In this document: positions 7,693-12,404 of the stretch, piece by piece | How the letters are laid out: every line of letters starts with the position of its first letter | Numbering within the stretch: position 1 is the stretch's first letter | DNA from: an uncultured bacterium | GTDB taxonomy: Bacteria; Schekmanbacteria; GWA2-38-11; J061 | NCBI GenBank assembly: GCA_964549305.1 | Contig: CAZJVM010000074.1 | Span: 1 to 12,404 of the forward strand | Length of the DNA: 12,404 nucleotides | Direction of reading: 5' to 3' | Made by a program: the position numbers and the translations under genes | Notes under the pieces: generated by a model | Seen by the model: the letters and a program-made list of their open reading frames with translations, nothing else | What the model was told of the DNA's origin: nothing | The model's database searches: none

Positions 7693-8793
7693 TTACATTC
7701 TTCTTGTTATCGCTCTTTTTATATTCTGATAAAAGAAAAGAGGTCTGCAGGAGAATATTTTTTTAAAGAAATAAAGATACGATTCGTATCTGTTTTTTTT
7801 AACCGTTTGTGAGACCTCGCGAAGATATGCCTCGTTTTTCATTTCCCTTTCGGAAAAATCCTCGTCATAAACAACTTTTCCCAATTCCTCCGTTTTTCGC
7901 AACAGCTTATCCGCTTCTTCTCCCCTGAGTACTTCCGGCTGGAAGGATTCGTTAATTTTTACGGGAATGAGCGAAAATTCCTTCAATCCGTCGTTGCCTG
8001 CAACGGCATCTATTATTACAGTTTCCCTTCTTTCCGCCTGCCACATATCGCAGATAAAATTTCCAAGACTGTAGGCTATGCAGGCGCCCTTGTATTTTTC
8101 CACTCCCTGCAAAACGTGCGGGTGGTGCCCGAATACTATGTCCGCGCCCGCATCGGCAAAAGCCCGCGCATTTTCAATCTGCTCAAGCGAAGGGCGCTGA
8201 ATGAATTCATCTCCCCAATGAAGGGAAAGAATGACTGTACCGCATTCCTTTTTTAAACGCTCTATCTCCTCGCATATAATATCTTTGTCGCCCTGAGCGT
8301 AACAGGGCACTCCCTTGAAGTATTTTTCTGGCCTGAAGGAATATGCCAGCACTCCTACCGATACTCCCTTTATATTGACCTTTACGGGTATGCACCCATT
8401 CTCTTCGTTTTTAATGCCCGCACACTTTATTCCCCTCTCTTCCATCACCTTTACGCTTTCCCTGAAAGCTTCCTCGCCGTGATTTAAGGCGTGATTCGTT
8501 CCAAGCGCCATTATGTCAAAGCGCGCGTACTCCAATCCTCTTACGGCATCGGGATATGACCTGAATTCCACAGATTTGAGCGAATTTCTGTCCATTCCCT
8601 TCTCTGAAAGCACAACCTCGCAGTTTCCGATTCTCAAATCCGCTCTTTCAAGGCAATTTCGTATTTTCTGAAAAGGAAAGGATGTGCCGTATTTTATCTG
8701 TTTTGTCTTTACTCCGTGTTCTATGCAGACGGGATGATTCCCCAGATTTACGTCTCCCGCAATCATTATTCTTATTGTATTGTTCTCTGTCAT
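7693..8793 (-). CDS. CapA/PGA_cap family metallophosphoesterase-fold protein
   Basis: AGDVNLG, GNCE (NLE-equivalent), GTNH (ANNH-equivalent), SLHWGDE, AGADIVFGHHPHVLQG, AYSLGNF. No N-terminal signal peptide or TM segment. Confidence 0.92.
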   Translation of the reverse strand: MTENNTIRIMIAGDVNLGNHPVCIEHGVKTKQIKYGTSFPFQKIRNCLERADLRIGNCEVVLSEKGMDRNSLKSVEFRSYPDAVRGLEYARFDIMALGTNHALNHGEEAFRESVKVMEERGIKCAGIKNEENGCIPVKVNIKGVSVGVLAYSFRPEKYFKGVPCYAQGDKDIICEEIERLKKECGTVILSLHWGDEFIQRPSLEQIENARAFADAGADIVFGHHPHVLQGVEKYKGACIAYSLGNFICDMWQAERRETVIIDAVAGNDGLKEFSLIPVKINESFQPEVLRGEEADKLLRKTEELGKVVYDEDFSEREMKNEAYLREVSQTVKKNRYESYLYFFKKIFSCRPLFFYQNIKRAITRRM

Positions 8794-8806
8794 TTTCCGC
8801 CTGACA

Positions 8807-10192
8807 TCATTTAGAATTTATTCTGCTCACTACGGCGCGGAATTTTCCCCTTCCGTCTCTCGGAATATGGTCAACGGTTTTTATCTCTATCTTCATTGAC
8901 TCTCCCACTCTTTCCGCGACCTGTTTCCTGAGTTTTTGCCTTTCGGCATCGCCAAAATTTTTTTCCGCAACCACATTTAGTATTACAAGAGACTTATTTT
9001 CCTGAACAATCTGACATTCCTTTATTCCTCCGACTCCCTTGAATACCGGGTCGAGTCTTCCCACATATCTGCCTTCCGCTGTCCTTATCAAATCATCGCA
9101 ACGCCCGAGGATTTTCGCGATGACCGGAAAATTCCTTCCGCAGGGGCATTCCTCATCGGACGCAATCCCCGAATCCCCCAATCTGTATCTTATAAGCGGC
9201 ATCGTTTCATTCACGAAACCCGTGCATACAACCTCACCCTCTTCTCCGGGCAAGGCTTTTTTCCCGTCTCTTAGAATTTCGATTATGCCGTATTCGGGGT
9301 GGACGTGATAGGTCCCGTATTCGCACTGAGTGACGAAATTCGCCATTTCAGTACTGCCGTACTGATCGTAGATTTTCCCGCCGAAGGCTTTTTCGATTGC
9401 CTCTCTCTGATAATCGAAAAGGGTTTCTGCTGTAGTAAAAATTCCTTTGGGCTTGAATGGCGGAACTCCTTTTTTCAGCATATATACGGCTAAGGTATGA
9501 AGACTTGACGGATATCCCCTTATCTCGACAGGTTTATAAGCTGACAACTTGCGGCAGTATAAGGCGAGTGTGTCGTCATCCATATGATAGGATGAAAAGA
9601 GAAGGTTGTTTTCCGACGCGTCAAATCTCCAGAAAGGCCCTTTCTTTTGCCCCGAAGGAATAATCACCCTGCCGTAAAATGTAGCTCTTTTATCACCCAT
9701 CTTTATCCCGCACCACGACCTCGTTCTGATGAAAAAGGCGTAATTTCTCCTGAGATCTTCCTTCCGGCAATAGACTGTTAGAGGTTTCCCTGTCGTTCCG
9801 CTTGTAAAGCGGGTTATGAGCTTTTCTATATTGAAACTCTCATTCACAAAATTTCCCGGTGATTCTCTTACGTTGTCCTTTGAAAGAAGAGGGATAGATT
9901 CAATATCCGAGAGCGAGGAAAGGGATTCGGCATCTATCTTCTCCCGCGCGAATAATTCTCTGTAATAGGGAACGTTGCCCGACGCAATCTTCACTATTCT
10001 TTTGAGCTTATCCAATCTTAACTTCATCATTTCATCATTTGAAATATATTCGGAGGCGAAAAGAGATTTGTAATTGTCATCATATATAATTGCGTAGCGG
10101 AGAAGATGAAGTTTCAACCCGTATAAAGATGTAAAGATATTTTGTACTAATATTGGGCTTGCAGAATAAATTTTCTCTGCGTTTTTATTCAT
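8807..10192 (-). CDS. CapK-like / phenylacetate-CoA ligase family adenylate-forming enzyme
   Basis: IPLLSKD, AMP-binding loop TSGTTGKP, GYPSSL, TTAETL, DQYGSTE, MPLIRYRLGD, CPCGR, GRCDD, and C-terminal RGKFR lysine. I prefer ATG 10192 (ATGAATAA overlap with the upstream GT4 stop) over TTG 10207. Confidence 0.9.
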   Translation of the reverse strand: MNKNAEKIYSASPILVQNIFTSLYGLKLHLLRYAIIYDDNYKSLFASEYISNDEMMKLRLDKLKRIVKIASGNVPYYRELFAREKIDAESLSSLSDIESIPLLSKDNVRESPGNFVNESFNIEKLITRFTSGTTGKPLTVYCRKEDLRRNYAFFIRTRSWCGIKMGDKRATFYGRVIIPSGQKKGPFWRFDASENNLLFSSYHMDDDTLALYCRKLSAYKPVEIRGYPSSLHTLAVYMLKKGVPPFKPKGIFTTAETLFDYQREAIEKAFGGKIYDQYGSTEMANFVTQCEYGTYHVHPEYGIIEILRDGKKALPGEEGEVVCTGFVNETMPLIRYRLGDSGIASDEECPCGRNFPVIAKILGRCDDLIRTAEGRYVGRLDPVFKGVGGIKECQIVQENKSLVILNVVAEKNFGDAERQKLRKQVAERVGESMKIEIKTVDHIPRDGRGKFRAVVSRINSK

Positions 10193-11285
10193 TAATTTTT
10201 TTGCCAAGAAGGTTTAAATAGAGAGATTCCATTCTCTTCATATTCTTGTCCCAATCAGCCTTTTCCTCGACAATTTTTCTGTTTGCCTTCACCGTTTTAA
10301 CTCTGAATTCATCATTGCGAAAGGCATCAATAATTTTTTCCGAAAGGTGTTCGTCGTCCTTGTACCTGAACAGATAGCCGTTAACTGCGTCTTCCACCCA
10401 AAGGCGGTTTGCCTCGTTGTCGGTGACAACGGGAAACGCCCCCGATGCCATTGCTTCAAGAAGGGAAGATGAAACGCCGTCGCTGATTACCGCGGAAAGG
10501 TAAATATGGGAATTTCTAAGCAACCCCGCAAGATTATCTCTTGTGACATTTCCCAGAAAATCGACATTCTTTTCTATATTCAGCTGTGAGACCATATTTT
10601 CGAGACGCTCTCTGTCCTCTCCGTCTCCGGCAATAAGAAGCTTGAAACCTTCTATCCGGCGCGAAACCTTCGCAACGGCTTTAATTATCTGGTCAAAATT
10701 ATAAGCCCTGTTTAAATGGCGCGTCGTAATGGCGCGAAATTCCCTCTTATCCTTTTCTTCACCTTTAAATTTATAAAAGCTGACATCGACTCCTCTGGGA
10801 AAAGTCACGACCTTTGATTCCGGCGCGCCTAAAGAGAGCAAATCTCTTGTTGTATGCTCTGCCCACGAATGAATCAGGTCAGCTCTTTTTATGGCATACT
10901 TTGCGAAAATCCTGTAATAATCAGGATGTATTCCCGGATGGACGACATATGCCGCCTGCGCGGCAATTACCAACGGATGAAAGTTGCACGCCGCGGCAGA
11001 CACAGCGTAACTCACCACCCTGTATCCGATTAAAATATCCGGAGATATTTGCTTCACAAACTTCCGTATCGTTGGGATTGAGGCAATATATCTGAATTTT
11101 ATCTTTTTTTGCCATTCGGGCAGATAATAGGTATCAACGCCTTCTACAGGTTCCCTGGAAGAATTAAAGGAAATAACACTGACTTTGTGGGAAAAAACAT
11201 TTGCGAAATGATTAACCCAGTTTCTCGTGTTTGGATGGTCGGCATCTGCCACAAAACAAAGATGCATTTTATTATCTTTATCCAT
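10185..11285 (-). CDS. Family 4 (GT-B) glycosyltransferase
   Basis: N-terminal HLCFVADADHPNTRNW..HF, PDIL, PRGVD, TRHL..AY, IAGDG, and SDGVSSSLLEAMASG (D-X7-E variant of EX7E), followed by NGYLF. Confidence 0.92.
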   Translation of the reverse strand: MDKDNKMHLCFVADADHPNTRNWVNHFANVFSHKVSVISFNSSREPVEGVDTYYLPEWQKKIKFRYIASIPTIRKFVKQISPDILIGYRVVSYAVSAAACNFHPLVIAAQAAYVVHPGIHPDYYRIFAKYAIKRADLIHSWAEHTTRDLLSLGAPESKVVTFPRGVDVSFYKFKGEEKDKREFRAITTRHLNRAYNFDQIIKAVAKVSRRIEGFKLLIAGDGEDRERLENMVSQLNIEKNVDFLGNVTRDNLAGLLRNSHIYLSAVISDGVSSSLLEAMASGAFPVVTDNEANRLWVEDAVNGYLFRYKDDEHLSEKIIDAFRNDEFRVKTVKANRKIVEEKADWDKNMKRMESLYLNLLGKKINE

Positions 11286-11447
11286 TGGAGAAAATTTCTT
11301 CCGTAAAAATTAAGCCCTCAAACAATTATTTTAAGTAAAAACTCACCGGAAATAAAAATATTTTTATACAATACTATTTTACTCCTGTTTTCAATGCGGT
11401 AAAATTGTTTTCTACGCAAGAAAAGAAAACTATAAATCGCCACGTTA
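11286..11447 (-). promoter_or_regulatory. AT-rich intergenic region, possible internal promoter for the GT4-CapK-CapA-AsnB block
   Basis: 162-nt gap, the largest in the window. It contains TTTACC(11403-11398)-16 nt-TAAAAT(11381-11376) on the minus strand and a 7-10-7 inverted repeat GTTTTCT/AGAAAAC (11407-11430). Matches like these are common in AT-rich DNA. Confidence 0.25.
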
Positions 11448-12404
11448 TCATTTTTTCCTGACCATTATTACGGCACTTTGCGGTAAAAGGGAAAAATTCT
11501 CCATACTGCCGAACTTTATTTCATAATTCGCTTTGTCTGAAACTGCGATATCACGCGTATCAAACCTCTCTTTTCCGAAATTAACTATAACCAGCGCGTT
11601 TTCAAAGGCGCGATAATAAACTTCACCTTTTTTGATGAATCGCGACAAAGGATTTCCCATGGGAACTTTATAAAAGTCGTCAAAACTTAATCTTTCGATA
11701 TTATGTTTGTTTGAAGGTTGAAAAAAAACATTCTTACCATCTGCCACGAGAAGATAAGCCGAATAATAAAAAAGTCTTTGCCCGTAAGTTTCTCCGGAAG
11801 ACAAAAGAAGGATATCTTTTCCCCGTTTCGCGGCATTGGAAATCAGCGTTAACGACTTTGAGTGGTTATCGCCGTAAAAGAAATTGTTTTTTAGCCATTC
11901 TTCATCTGACGCACCATCGGAAGCATTGAGATATTTCATACTCCCCACAATATCCGAAGGATTAATCTGATTAAAAATTACTTTTCCCACTCCTGACTGC
12001 TTCTTTAATTCCGCAAGCAGGTTTGCAGTTTGCCCTGACCATTTATCCTTGTTGATGAGAGGAGGGACACCTGAAATCCAGTTTCCCAATCCGAAAGAAA
12101 AGGGATATTTCACCCATACATTATCAAGGAAAACCCCGTCATATCCCGAAGACAGGGAGTGGGAGATTTTCATCGCAAAAAAACCCGCAACTTCCCCTTC
12201 GGATATATCAAGAGCATATCTCGGGACATTCTTATTCAGGAAAACGGAAATCCGCTTTCCTCTGAAATCGTGGAGGAATAAATTTTCCTTATCATTGAAA
12301 TATTTCCAATCGCCATACATTCTCTTCGTTTTTCCCCCTAATTTTTCCGCGGAAGAATCAAACCTTGAGAGGTCGGTCATATCAAAAACGTTAATATAGG
12401 CAAA
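11448..12404 (-). CDS. Putative glycoside hydrolase (GHL15/GH114-like TIM barrel), 5'-truncated by the window edge
   Basis: The frame upstream of the ORF-track ATG (12380) stays open to 12404 (FAYINVFD-MTD...), so the true start lies outside the window. Motifs GYDGVFLDN, VIFNQ, DGASDEEW, FYYSAYLL, MGNP and VYYRAFENALVIVN resemble uncharacterised glycosyl-hydrolase-like proteins. The family assignment is from memory. Confidence 0.6.
   Translation of the reverse strand, partial: FAYINVFDMTDLSRFDSSAEKLGGKTKRMYGDWKYFNDKENLFLHDFRGKRISVFLNKNVPRYALDISEGEVAGFFAMKISHSLSSGYDGVFLDNVWVKYPFSFGLGNWISGVPPLINKDKWSGQTANLLAELKKQSGVGKVIFNQINPSDIVGSMKYLNASDGASDEEWLKNNFFYGDNHSKSLTLISNAAKRGKDILLLSSGETYGQRLFYYSAYLLVADGKNVFFQPSNKHNIERLSFDDFYKVPMGNPLSRFIKKGEVYYRAFENALVIVNFGKERFDTRDIAVSDKANYEIKFGSMENFSLLPQSAVIMVRKK

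Noticed and set aside
7693-8793. Poly-gamma-glutamate capsule operon
   Set aside because: Only a CapA-domain gene is present. No CapB ligase or CapC is in the window, and the protein lacks a membrane anchor.
4924-10463. Near-identical sequence cccgatgccattgc(c/t)tc(g/a)agaag at about 4924 and 10441
   Set aside because: Both copies encode the conserved LLEAMASG motif of the two GT4s, so this is protein-level conservation and not a DNA repeat element.
11407-11430. Inverted repeat GTTTTCT-N10-AGAAAAC as an intrinsic terminator
   Set aside because: The stem is AT-rich and weak, the loop is long, and there is no strong adjacent U-tract.
93-11728. A/T homopolymers of 8-9 nt (93-101, 3433-3440, 4073-4080, 7793-7800, 11721-11728) as phase-variation sites
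   Set aside because: Such runs are frequent in this AT- and Lys/Phe-rich sequence, and all affected frames are intact.
758-12399. Other short plus-strand ORFs (e.g. 758-1168, 5421-5807, 7036-7572, 12049-12399) and out-of-frame minus-strand ORFs (4259-4507, 8207-8395, 10921-11115)
   Set aside because: All overlap well-supported genes and show no family motifs.

Overview
The window is the interior of a bacterial cell-surface polysaccharide (EPS/capsule/O-antigen-like) biosynthesis and tailoring cluster. All credible genes lie on the minus strand and are tightly packed. In transcription order: a 5'-truncated putative TIM-barrel glycoside hydrolase (GHL15-like), GT4 glycosyltransferase, CapK/phenylacetate-CoA-ligase-like adenylate-forming enzyme, CapA/PGA_cap metallophosphoesterase, AsnB-type glutamine amidotransferase, a second GT4, a radical SAM enzyme with a Twitch-type auxiliary cluster, a membrane-anchored SGNH hydrolase/acyltransferase, a membrane GT2, a Gnu-like NAD-dependent 4-epimerase, and the first ~20 codons of a further gene. 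I see no RNA genes, mobile elements or CRISPR arrays. No flippase, polymerase or priming transferase is in view, so the cluster probably continues on both sides. The most interesting element is the dense GT4-CapK-CapA-AsnB-GT4-radical SAM tailoring module, which suggests an uncharacterised route for amidating or aminoacylating and redox-editing a glycan. The radical SAM gene also probably starts at a non-canonical CTG. All family calls come from motifs recognised by eye; no database search was run.
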